Source of the DNA: an uncultured Planctomycetaceae bacterium
Lineage (GTDB): Bacteria > Planctomycetota > Planctomycetia > Planctomycetales > Planctomycetaceae
DNA: 64,000 nt
Assembly: GCA_963815195.1 (NCBI GenBank)
Contig: CAWFGE010000004.1
Span: 32,001 to 96,000, forward strand
Reading direction: 5' to 3'
The position numbers were made by a program, and so were the translations under genes. This document shows positions 29,337 through 41,300 of this stretch, piece by piece (positions within the stretch are counted from its first letter, which is position 1; every line of letters begins with the position of its first letter). The notes beneath the pieces were generated by a model. It saw only the letters and a program-made list of their open reading frames with translations. It was not told the origin of the DNA and ran no database searches.

Positions 29337-29717
29337 CTATGGCGCGCCTTCGATGGGGTAGCCGGCTTCTTTCCAGCCGCGGAAGCCGCCGTCCATCGAA
29401 ATCACGTTGTCATAGCCCATCCGCTGGAGGTTTTCCGCCGCGAGAGCCGAGCGGTACCCGCCGCCGCAGTACAGGACGATGCCCGCATGGGGATCGGGGA
29501 TCGCGTTTTCGACGTCGCGCTCGATCACGCCTTTGCCCAGGTGCAGAGCGCCCGGCAGGTGCCCCTTGGCGTATTCGCTTTCCTCGCGGACATCGACCAG
29601 ATGAAACGATTCCCCCGCGTCGAGCCGCCGTTTCACATCCTCGACCACGCATTCGCGCACGTGCTGCTTGGCATCGCTGGCAATCTTTAAAAACCGCTCC
29701 GAGTGCTTCTTGCCCAT
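29337..29717 (-). CDS. Rhodanese-like domain protein
   Basis: VDVREESEY..GHLPGA, YCGGGYRS and GGFRGW motifs. Confidence 0.9.
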   Translation of the reverse strand: MGKKHSERFLKIASDAKQHVRECVVEDVKRRLDAGESFHLVDVREESEYAKGHLPGALHLGKGVIERDVENAIPDPHAGIVLYCGGGYRSALAAENLQRMGYDNVISMDGGFRGWKEAGYPIEGAP

Positions 29718-29802
29718 GCTGATTTCTCCTGTGTTGCCTCTGTCCAATAACTATCCAATTATCAGCCGGAACGCGCTCGTGTCCGGTTCTTCCCAAGAAC
29801 CG

Positions 29803-29870
29803 GGGCGGTGCCCCCCTGCGGGCGGTGCCCCCCTGCGGGCGGTGCCCCCCTGCGGGCGGTGCCCCCCTGC
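29803..29870. repeat. Perfect tandem repeat, 4 x 17 bp (gggcggtgcccccctgc)
   Basis: Four identical units read directly, inside a TAGCCG/CGGCTA-type palindromic element. Confidence 0.9.
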
Positions 29871-29906
29871 GGCTAATAAATCGGACAATTATTGATCGAG
29901 CGATCC

Positions 29907-32823
29907 TTACTTCTTCGCGGTCGAGGCTTGGACCTGGGCCGGGTCCGCGGGGGGGGCGGGCGGTTCAAAGTTGTAGAGGCTTTGCCCGTTCTCGCCGTTC
30001 CAGATGCGGACCACGCCGTCTTCGCCGCCGGCGATCACGAGTTTTTCATCGGGGGTCGCGGCCACGGAATACACGTAATCCGTGTTGCCGGCGAAGTTGC
30101 GGTAGTTCTGGCGGTTCGACGTGCGATGATACCGCACCGTCTGGTCGCCGCCAGAGCTGACGATGTTCTCGCTGGTGCCCAGGAACTGGATCGAGGTCAC
30201 CTGCTTGGAATAGTTGGTGATCGTCGTTTTCTGCTCGCCGGTGTCGGCGTTCCAGACCTTGATGGCATTATCGGCCCCCGCACTGACCAGCGTCGATTGG
30301 TCGGCTTGCCAGGAAACGTCCATCACGTGATGGGTGTGGCCTTCAAACGAGCGAATGTGCTTGCCGCTGGCGACATCGAAGGTCTTCACGAACTTGTCCG
30401 CCGCCCCGGAGACCAGAAACTTGCCGTCGCGGGAGAACTCCACGCCCAACACCGTGTCGCTGTGGGCGTCTTCGATGTTCTTGAGTAACTTCCGGCCGGC
30501 CACGTCCCAGATCATGAGTTCGCCGGACCGCGAAGGCTCTCCGCCGCCGGTGGCAAGGAGCTTTCCGTCCCGGCTGAAATCGAGGGCCAACACGCGGTTG
30601 ACGAAAGGCGACGCCGACAGATCGAGCGGATTCTCCGCCGAAGGCCCCAACGTGGCGACCAGCTTCCAGGGGGCATTCGTCCGCCAGGCGATCAGCTTGG
30701 TGTCGGCGGAGGCGGAAAGGAGGACATCATCCGCTCCGAAGGCCAACTGCTGCACCTGGGCGGCGCTGCCTTTCAGAACGTCCAAAGGCTTCCCAGTCAC
30801 GGCCGACCACAACTGCACGATCTGGTCGTCGCCCGCGGTCGCGAACACCCGGCTGTCCGCCGAAAACGCCACGCTTTGGAGAGGCTTCGCCGAGGCGTTG
30901 TTCTCGTCGGTGGCTTTCTTGACCTCGGCCACCACGCCTTCCTGGTGCTTCTTCGCGGCTTCGTGCTCTTTCTTGGCTTCGTCCAGCTTGGTCTTGGCCC
31001 GTTCGACCGACTTCTTCGCGAGTTCCAAAGACCGGTCGGCGGCTTCCTGGGCGTCCGTCGCTTTTTTCAGTTCCGCTTCCTGCTTGGTGAGTTCCTTCTG
31101 GGCGTCCTCGACCTTTTTCTGGAGGCCTTTGTCGTCGGTCTTCTTCGCCAACTCGTCCTGGGCGGCTTTCAACTTGGCTTTGGCGTCGTCGACTTTTTTC
31201 TGCGGGTCCTTCACCGCTTCGTCGGCTTTCTTCTTGGCTTCCTCGGCCGTTTTGACGGCGGCTTCGCGGTCTTTCTGGTTCTTGTCCGCGGCCTTTTCCG
31301 CATCGTCCGCGAGCTTGACCAACTGGTCGGCCACGGTTTTGTCCTCATTGACGGCGTCCAGCTTCCGTTGCAGCTCGATGCCGCCTTTGACCTCGGCGAT
31401 CTGCTGTCCGTTCGCTGCGTTCCAGAGCTTGGCGGTGTTCGCGGTGCTGGTGCTGGCGAAGGCTTTGCCGTCGGGACTGGCCGCGACATCGGTCACGCTG
31501 CCGCCGTGGGTCATGCTGCGGACTTGCCCGCCGCTGTTAATGTCCCACACGCGCCACGGTGCCGTCTTCGCTGCCGCTGAGGACCTGGTTGCCGTTCGGA
31601 AGAATCAAATCGACCGAAGTCACCGGCTTGCCGTGGCCGTTCAGTTCGCGGACGGGCTGGATCGGTTCGGGCTTGCCGTCTTTGTCTTTTTTCTCTTCCG
31701 GCGTGCTGTTCCAGACGCGGAGCTTGTTGTCCTCATCGGCCGAGACCAACAGCGTGCCGTCTTTGTTGATCGCCAAATCCCGCATCGCCGCGGGGGATTC
31801 CACTTGCCAAAGCTGTTTGCCGTCGGCGAGGTTCCAGCCGCGGAGCGTTTTGTCGGCCGAGGCGGAATAGAGTTTCGTCCCGTCCGGCGCGAAGGCCAGG
31901 CCTTTCACGGGGCCGCTGTGGCCGGCGAGGGTTTTCGTCACTTTGCCGTCGGCGGCCTGGGCGATTTGGATGCTGTTGTCGGCGCGGGCGATGGCGATTT
32001 GCTTTTTGTCGGGGCTATAAGTCAACGCCGTCGCCGGTTGGTTGCCCACGACTTCGAAGGCCTGTTCGTTTTGGGGCCGTTGCCAGAGTTTCACCACGCG
32101 ATACCCGCCGGAGGCAAGCAGGTTGCCGTCCGGGCTGAACGCGAGCGAATGCACGAAATCCCGGTGGGCCGCGCCCTGGGGATACATCGGCTTGCCGTTA
32201 AACTGGAGCGAGCTGAGGTTCGGGTCGAAGAGTTGTCCCAGTTCCCGGCCGCCCGCGACATCGTAGAGGGTGATCTGATTGCCCCGCCCCGCCGCCGCGG
32301 TGTTGGTGCGCGGAGAAAGGGCCACGCTGTAAACGGCTTTCATGCCGCTGGGCAGAGGTTGCCAGTTGACGGCATGCTGGGCCGCCCCGCTGCCGCCCGC
32401 GGCCCCCTCGACAATCCACTGTCGGAGGATGCCGACTTCTTTGGGGGTCAACGCGTGGGCATCGACCTGGTTGGGGAGCGGAGGCATCGCCGGCTTTTGC
32501 GACCGCGAGGCGAGCTTGTAGAGCAGGCTTTTGTCGGGTTCCTTGGGAACGATCGCCGGGCCGCGTTTGCCGCCTTTCTTGATCGTGTCGATTTCTTCCA
32601 GGTTGAGCTTGCCTTCCGAGATGGCGACGTTATGGCAGCCGACGCAGTTGGCTTCCAGAAACGGATACACGTCCCGCTGGAAATCCACCGGCCGGCCCAG
32701 GCTGATTTTCTCGGGCTCGATCTTGCCGACGTCCTTTTCCTTGTCGGCTCCCTGAACCGGACCGGAAACGAACAAGCCCAAACCCAAGAGCACAACAGCG
32801 GAGAGAGCGGCTGGGATCCTCAT
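29907..32823 (-). CDS. Planctomycete cytochrome c (PSCyt1) + WD40 protein with a coiled-coil insert, frameshifted near 31550
   Basis: VDFQRDVYPFLEANCVGCH...MPP...WIVEGA; many WD40 repeats; Lys/Ala/Glu-rich coiled coil. Confidence 0.85.
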
Positions 32824-33013
32824 CAAATTTCCCCGTAACAAAAGGCGTGTGTCAAAACGGCCGCGCCCGGCGGCGACGAACCAAATCGGAAAATCAGGAC
32901 CGGGCGGGAAAGGTAGGGTATGATTAGCCATCCATGGAATGAAAAAGCCGCGGACGAGGGCCACCCGCCCGCGGCGATTGGATTGGTTCCGGTCCATCAG
33001 GCGGACCGTGTGC

Positions 33014-35551
<2,538 letters not shown>

Positions 35552-35957
35552 GTGTCTCTCCCACTTGATTCAAAACTCGTGAACAGCTTGGGAGATGGCG
35601 CACTCAGCGTTTGAGAGGGGCCATCGTTGTGGTTGGTTTCGGTATGTTCGTCGTTGGCTGGTTTGGGTTGGTGTGGTTGGCGGAGAAATCAGGCGAGTTC
35701 CCATCTTGGAAGATAAGACAGCTTCTCCACTTTCAACATATCAATATCCGTTGGAATGTCAACGTTCCAATCCCGTTTCCTGGAAAACTCTCTTTTCAAC
35801 AATTGACGGTTTGGACCGGCCGGTTATCCGGTTTTTGCCGAAACCTCCAAAATTTCCCTGGGATTGGCCCCGGCCGCCCTGGGACCTACAATAAATCCCA
35901 GTCCAAGCGCAAAAGATTTCTTCGCGTTGACAACTCAATGGAGCAGTATCCACAACC

Positions 35958-37204
35958 ATGACCGATCACTCGCATACCGTGGAGGAAGCTCTCGCCGCCC
36001 TCAAAGAAGGCCGGCTGGTGATCGTCGTCGACGCCGAGGAACGCGAAAACGAAGGCGACTTCATCTGTGCGGCCGAGACGATCACCGCCGAGACGGTCGA
36101 TTTCATGCTCCGCTGGGGCCGGGGCGTGGTCTGCGTGCCCATGACCAAAGACACCGCCGACCGCTTGAACCTCCATCCCATCGTCCAGGACACCTTAAAC
36201 ACCTCCGCCCACGGCACCCCGTTTCTCGTGCCGATCGACCACAAAGACAGCGGCACCGGCGTCAGCCCCCACAACCGGGCCCTCACAATTCGCAAGCTGA
36301 GCGACCCCAAAACCGCTCGCCGGGGAATTCCAGCGGCCCGGGCACGTCAATCCGCTGTTGGCGAAAGAAGGCGGCGTCCTCCGCCGGGCCGGCCATACCG
36401 AAGCCACCGTCGATCTTCTGCAAATGGCCGGCATGCGGCCGGTCGGGGCGCTCATCGAAATCTGCAGCCAGACCACGCTCGACATGGCGAGCTACGATGA
36501 ACTCCGCCAAATCTCCCGGGAGCACGACATCCCGATCATCACGATCGAGGAACTCATTCGGCATCGCCGGGTCCGCGAACGCCTCGTGCACCGCGAAGCC
36601 GACGTCGTCATCCCCACCACCAACTTCGGCAACCCCCGGCTCATCGGCTACCGCGTCGAGCACGAAAACCAGGAACCGCTTGGCGATGGTCTGGGGCGAT
36701 CTCAAAGCCGCCGACAAACCGCCCCTGGTCCGCATGCACTCCTCGTGCTTCACAGGGGATTTGATGGATTCCCTCCGCTGCGACTGCGGAGACCAGCTCC
36801 ACATGGCGATGGAAATGATCCACCGCGAAGGCCAAGGCGTCGTGGTCTATCTGCCCCAAGAGGGCCGGGGCATCGGATTGCTCGCGAAGCTCAAAGCCTA
36901 CGAGCTCCAGGACACAGGCAGCGACACGGTGGAAGCCAACGAGCAACTGGGCTTCAAAGCCGACCACCGGGACTACATGGTCGGCCTGCAAATCCTCAAA
37001 GACCTGGGCCTCTCCGAAATCCGCCTGCTCACGAACAACCCGAAAAAGACGGACGCCTTCACGCTCTCCGGCATGGATCTCAGGGTCGTCGAGCAAGTCC
37101 CGATCATCGCCCCCCCGCACAAACACCGCGAACGCTACCTCGCCACCAAACGCGACAAACTAGGACACCTCCTCCCCGCCGGCAACCAGGACGCGGCCGA
37201 TTGA
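35958..37204 (+). CDS. ribBA: Bifunctional DHBP synthase / GTP cyclohydrolase II, frameshifted near 36315 and 36680
   Basis: DAEERENEGD, RAGHTEA, RMHSSCFTGD..SLRCDCG, QEGRGIGL, LLTNNPKK and YLATKRDKLGHLL. Confidence 0.93.
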
Positions 37205-37298
37205 GCGAAGAATGGAGAGCCGGTTCCGCCCGCCTTTTGGTTTGAGAACGCCATCCACCCTAACATCGCTGGCCGGCACAGCCGGCCCTACGCCACTC
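37108..37298 (+). repeat. 191-bp direct repeat, copy 1 (ribBA 3' end plus downstream GTAG-type REP)
   Basis: Reads identical to 41008-41198, offset exactly 3900 bp. Confidence 0.92.
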
Positions 37299-37323
37299 AT
37301 GGGGAGAACAGGAGGTCCATACC

Positions 37324-38331
37324 ATGAAGTATTTCACCGTGCTGATTATCACTTGCCTACTGAATTTCCCAATTCAGGCGGGGGGTGTTCGTAGCCCCAA
37401 AAAGCCGAAATCAGAGCAAGAATCGCCGATGTCGGAATCACCGAAACATCTCTTCAGTCGATTGCCCGAGTTTAAAGCCGGTGCCCTCTGGAATGACAAC
37501 AAACTCAAGATGAAGTTCCGCTGGTGCCCGCCCGGATCCTACTTGATGGGCAGCCCGAACGAGGAGTTTAACGGTCACGCACTTGGACAGGTTCCCGTCA
37601 AGCTGACCAAAGGGTTTTGGATCGGTGAGACCGAGGTGTCGCAGAAACAATGGCAGTCGTTGATGGGCAACACGGTCCAAGACCAGCGGGACAGGGAGCA
37701 AGCTGAGCTGACGAAAGGAGTTGCCGACGATCCGGCCAAATTTGGAAAAGGGGATCGGTTTCCCATGTATTTCGTCAGTTGGGAGGAGGCAATGCAGTTC
37801 TGCCAAAAACTAACGGAAGCCGACCGAAAGTCTGGAAAACTGCCGGCCGATTGGGAGTACACCCTGCCTACTGAAGCCCAATGGGAATACGCTTGTCGAG
37901 CCGGTACGACTACAGCGACCGCGTTTGGCGACTTGCTGAGTAGCCATCAAGCCAATTTTGACGGCGATCACCCCTACACAAACATCAACGATAAAGACTT
38001 GGAAGATCGTGCTCCCGAAGGCCCGGATCGGCGTCATGCCGTGCCAGTGGGCAGCTTCCGACCCAACGGGTGGAATCTGTATGATATGCACGGAAACCTT
38101 CAGGAGTGGTGCCGCGACTGGTACAACGAGAAAATGCTCCTTGGTGGAACAGATCCGGAAGTGACGGAAAAGGCCGATTTCCGAGTACTGCGGGGTGGAA
38201 GTTGGCTCCATACAGGTGCGGGTTGTCTTTCCTGCTACCGGTTTTATGATATACCAGGAAGCCGCACGACCAAGATTGGTTTTCGCGTCGCTTTGGTGCA
38301 AATCCCCGTTAAGCCAGGCAAGAAGAAATAG
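37324..38331 (+). CDS. Formylglycine-generating enzyme (SUMF1/FGE-sulfatase) family protein, exported
   Basis: LPTEAQWEYACRAGT, PNGWNLYDMHGNLQEWC, RVLRGGSW and IGFRV motifs; AGGAGG RBS. Confidence 0.9.
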   Translation: MKYFTVLIITCLLNFPIQAGGVRSPKKPKSEQESPMSESPKHLFSRLPEFKAGALWNDNKLKMKFRWCPPGSYLMGSPNEEFNGHALGQVPVKLTKGFWIGETEVSQKQWQSLMGNTVQDQRDREQAELTKGVADDPAKFGKGDRFPMYFVSWEEAMQFCQKLTEADRKSGKLPADWEYTLPTEAQWEYACRAGTTTATAFGDLLSSHQANFDGDHPYTNINDKDLEDRAPEGPDRRHAVPVGSFRPNGWNLYDMHGNLQEWCRDWYNEKMLLGGTDPEVTEKADFRVLRGGSWLHTGAGCLSCYRFYDIPGSRTTKIGFRVALVQIPVKPGKKK

Positions 38332-38371
38332 CGTCAAGTCGTCTCCTTTTCGGGTTTTGATAAAGGCACGA

Positions 38372-38526
38372 CGGCGGGGTGGCATGCTCATGGCTTTGCA
38401 TGAGCATGCATTTGGATGAAACTTTGATTCCTTGAAATCAAAAAATACGGCCAAAAAACAGGGGCCATGTCACATCACGTTCGGAAAACATGCTCATGCA
38501 AAGCCATGAGCATGCCACCCTGCCGC
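38372..38526. mobile_element. ~155-bp MITE/REPIN-like element, copy 1
   Basis: Terminal inverted repeats gggtggcatgctcatggctttgcatgagcatg / catgctcatgcaaagccatgagcatgccaccc; near-identical copy at 40855-41010. Confidence 0.8.
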
Positions 38527-38742
38527 TCAAAATGGCAGGCGGGAGCCTGCCCTACAATTACTTGAGGATCATCGGCAGCGAGTCGTAGCTCAAATCGGAA
38601 GTCTGTATACTTCATGGTTGTGTTTCTCCGGGGAAGCCAAGTAGGGCAGGCTCCCGCCTGCCTTCCCCAATTTCCCGACACGAGCCAAGTCAATTGCGGA
38701 CGTCGCTCAAAATGGCAGGCGGGAGCCTGCCCTACAATTACT
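38524..38742. repeat. Cluster of three GTAG-type REPs (gtagggcaggctcccgcctgcc)
   Basis: 39-bp cgctcaaaatggcaggcgggagcctgccctacaattact at 38524 and 38704; inverted copy at 38641. Confidence 0.85.
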
Positions 38743-38744
38743 GC

Positions 38745-38973
38745 GGTTGCCCAGAAACCTAAACGAAAAGCAACAGAGAAATCCAATGGAAAGCAAACAG
38801 AGGCGACACAAGAACAAAACGAAAAGTCAGCCGAGCACTGGTTAAACAAAGCAAAAGGGTTGGAGGCCAGTAACCCTGGATATTATCGCGCCTATCTCAG
38901 GAAAACTTTAAAAGACTTTCCAGGGACCAAGGCTGCTGCAGAAGCCAAACAACTATTGGAGAAGGAAAAATGA
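38745..38973 (+). pseudogene. 3' fragment of an unknown protein gene
   Basis: Ends ...KDFPGTKAAAEAKQLLEKEK, a protein-like helical tail; the 5' part is replaced by REP sequence. Confidence 0.5.
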
Positions 38974-39007
38974 TTAACTACTTTTTCGCCGTTCTATGTG
39001 CTGTTTT

Positions 39008-39547
39008 CAGTTCGAGTTTCGCACATTTCTGGCGTCACCCGGTGAGGGTGGCCAGGTACGTTAGCAGGTTTATGTTGTTATTTTGGAGACTGCTGCCTGG
39101 CGGCACTGTCGATTTTCTCTTCCCAGGTCAAGCGGCGGAGGGTGGTCAGCATATCTGCAAAACTCGGCTGTGCTTGCGCGTGTACCAAGGGCGGTTCGGA
39201 GACCGCACGTGCGCGTGGCCGTGTTCGGCATACCACAACACGGTCAAGCTATATAAGAACATGGCCATCGGCGTTGTGCGTTCCACCGCCAGAGGCAGGC
39301 GGTTGGCCGGGTCTTCCAAACCCAAATACTGTTTGGCATCGTGATGCGTGACTTCGATCGACCACCGACAAGCATAGGCCGACAGGATGCTGCGTGCGTC
39401 CCTCGCCAAATCGGTGCAGTAGTAGATTTGCATCGGCGCCTTGCCTTCCAAGTCGCGGGTCAATACGAATGTGAGCAAGCGGTCCTTGCCGGCTTTGTAA
39501 TACAATCCCTGGCGGGTCTTGACCTCGAGTGTCGTGTGCAGTCCGTC
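39008..39547 (-). mobile_element. Truncated DDE transposase (IS701/IS4-like) with its probable right end
   Basis: YACRWSIEVTHHDAKQYLG (Y-2-R-3-E-6-K) signature; PWY..K and frameshifted FADML tail; 5' part missing. Confidence 0.8.
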
Positions 39548-40688
39548 TCAGTCATTGTCAAATCCGTCGATAAGACACATTAATGAAACGCCCACGTTGT
39601 TGAAGTGCGTTCAGTCGGGCGAACCCCAAAGCGGATCAGCCTCAGAAGCCCTTTTTTCTGGAAATCGATTGGTTACATGGCCACCCCGCGACCGGCGTAC
39701 TACCCGACCTCCGAGCTTATTCCAGATTCGCGACCCTCATTCGCTAAAAGTCGTGCGTAATGTGAACCTAAAGCTTGGTGGCGCGGGTGGTCTTACCTCC
39801 TTGGATGGAACCCCTTGGGTGAGTTTTGTAGGAAACGAAGAATCCGATAAGAAAAAGATCCCTGATGAGATACTTTACCTGGTCAACACAGATTCCGGCA
39901 ATGTCGTAGTCCGCTTCAGATGCGCGCCGTTGCAGGATGGTCGCTTGACAGGTGATAACATCAACTTGGTAGGGGTGTGGAAGAAACGCCTGTGGGTCGA
40001 ACTTTCCAAGAGTGACGGTAAAGGGATCAACAGAATAGTTTTTGGTCCAATCGAGAAAGGTGACTTGCACCCTCTTTGTAAAATGGAAGGGTTTTCGATT
40101 CCCGTGGGCTGTCTTTCCAATGGTGAGCTTGGAGTAATGCGAGGTGGTGAGCTTTTCTCTGTGAGCGATAACGGAAAAGTGACGAAGACCGGCATCGACA
40201 ACGCCAATGCCGAGCGCCTTACTCTAAGCCACGACGGCCGTCGGTTAATCACCACGAGTACAAAATGGGGAGAGGGAAATACAAAATGGGGAGAGGGAAA
40301 GAATTGGGACGCCAAAGGATTGATCGACATCTATGATATCAAAACCAAGCAGCGCATTATCCGCAAACAAATCGACTCATGTGTTTCATCGATCCAGTTT
40401 GTCAGATTTGGCGGTAAAGAGTATGTCCTTTACACATCGAATCGCTACAAACCAGGCCCTGAATTTGAAGAAAATGGTAACTGTATTTACGAGGGTCGAC
40501 TTACCCTGTGGGATTATGCAAATGACCGAGAAATCATGGTAAAGGATTTTCCACACAGTGTGCATCAAGTGCATCTGTCTTCGAATCAGGATCATCTTTG
40601 CCTCGAAATTGGAGCAGCAGAGGGCACACCCTTGCAAGATACCTGGACGCGTTACCTCATTTGGTCTGTCAAACATGCGAAAAAGTGA
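39519..40688 (+). CDS. Low-GC hypothetical protein, possibly beta-propeller-like; probably 5'-truncated
   Basis: 389-codon open frame in AT-richer DNA; LTLSHDGRRLIT and LTLWDY WD-like segments; start overlaps the IS remnant. Confidence 0.55.
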   Translation: MTSSVVCSPSQSLSNPSIRHINETPTLLKCVQSGEPQSGSASEALFSGNRLVTWPPRDRRTTRPPSLFQIRDPHSLKVVRNVNLKLGGAGGLTSLDGTPWVSFVGNEESDKKKIPDEILYLVNTDSGNVVVRFRCAPLQDGRLTGDNINLVGVWKKRLWVELSKSDGKGINRIVFGPIEKGDLHPLCKMEGFSIPVGCLSNGELGVMRGGELFSVSDNGKVTKTGIDNANAERLTLSHDGRRLITTSTKWGEGNTKWGEGKNWDAKGLIDIYDIKTKQRIIRKQIDSCVSSIQFVRFGGKEYVLYTSNRYKPGPEFEENGNCIYEGRLTLWDYANDREIMVKDFPHSVHQVHLSSNQDHLCLEIGAAEGTPLQDTWTRYLIWSVKHAKK

Positions 40689-40774
40689 TATAGCGACTGT
40701 TTAGCATGTCAGCCCAGTAGAAGACACTGTATGAAGCATTTGTTTTGGCCGATGTTGTGATTATGCCAAATAAT

Positions 40775-40858
40775 GGGCAGACGAATCCGCTCGATCTGAT
40801 CACGACCACCGCTTACGATGCCGCCGACCGAAAGACGCTCAAACTCGATCCCCGCGGC
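40775..40858 (+). pseudogene. RHS/YD-repeat fragment
   Basis: Translates GQTNPLDLITTTAYDAADRKTLKLDPRG, matching the YD-repeat pattern. Confidence 0.55.
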
Positions 40859-41010
40859 GGGGTGGCATGCTCATGGCTTTGCATGAGCATGCATTTGGAT
40901 GAAACTTTGATTCCTTGAAATCAAAAAAATACGGCCAAAAAACAGGGGCCATGTCACATTACGTTCGGAAAACATGCTCATGCAAAGCCATGAGCATGCC
41001 ACCCTGCCGC
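40855..41010. mobile_element. ~155-bp MITE/REPIN-like element, copy 2
   Basis: Differs from 38372-38526 by one substitution and one homopolymer A. Confidence 0.8.
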
Positions 41011-41198
41011 CCCCCCGCACAAACACCGCGAACGCTACCTCGCCACCAAACGCGACAAACTAGGACACCTCCTCCCCGCCGGCAACCAGGACGCGGCCGA
41101 TTGAGCGAAGAATGGAGAGCCGGTTCCGCCCGCCTTTTGGTTTGAGAACGCCATCCACCCTAACATCGCTGGCCGGCACAGCCGGCCCTACGCCACTC
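41008..41198 (+). repeat. 191-bp direct repeat, copy 2
   Basis: Reads identical to 37108-37298. Confidence 0.92.
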
Positions 41199-41300
41199 CG
41201 GGGAAGTACTTGACGCCTTTGGAATTCAGTTCGTTTTGGCTGGAACATAGAGTTGTCCGAGACTAAGGATGAAGATCTGTTGCTGCCGCGGCGATGCGGT

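Noticed and set aside
29803..29870. Possible CRISPR array
   Set aside because: The 17-bp units are contiguous with no spacers, and there are no cas genes in the window
35600..35957. FMN riboswitch upstream of ribBA
   Set aside because: I could not find the conserved RFN sequence blocks
37108..41198. Prophage or integrative element
   Set aside because: No integrase, phage or conjugation genes inside the direct repeats
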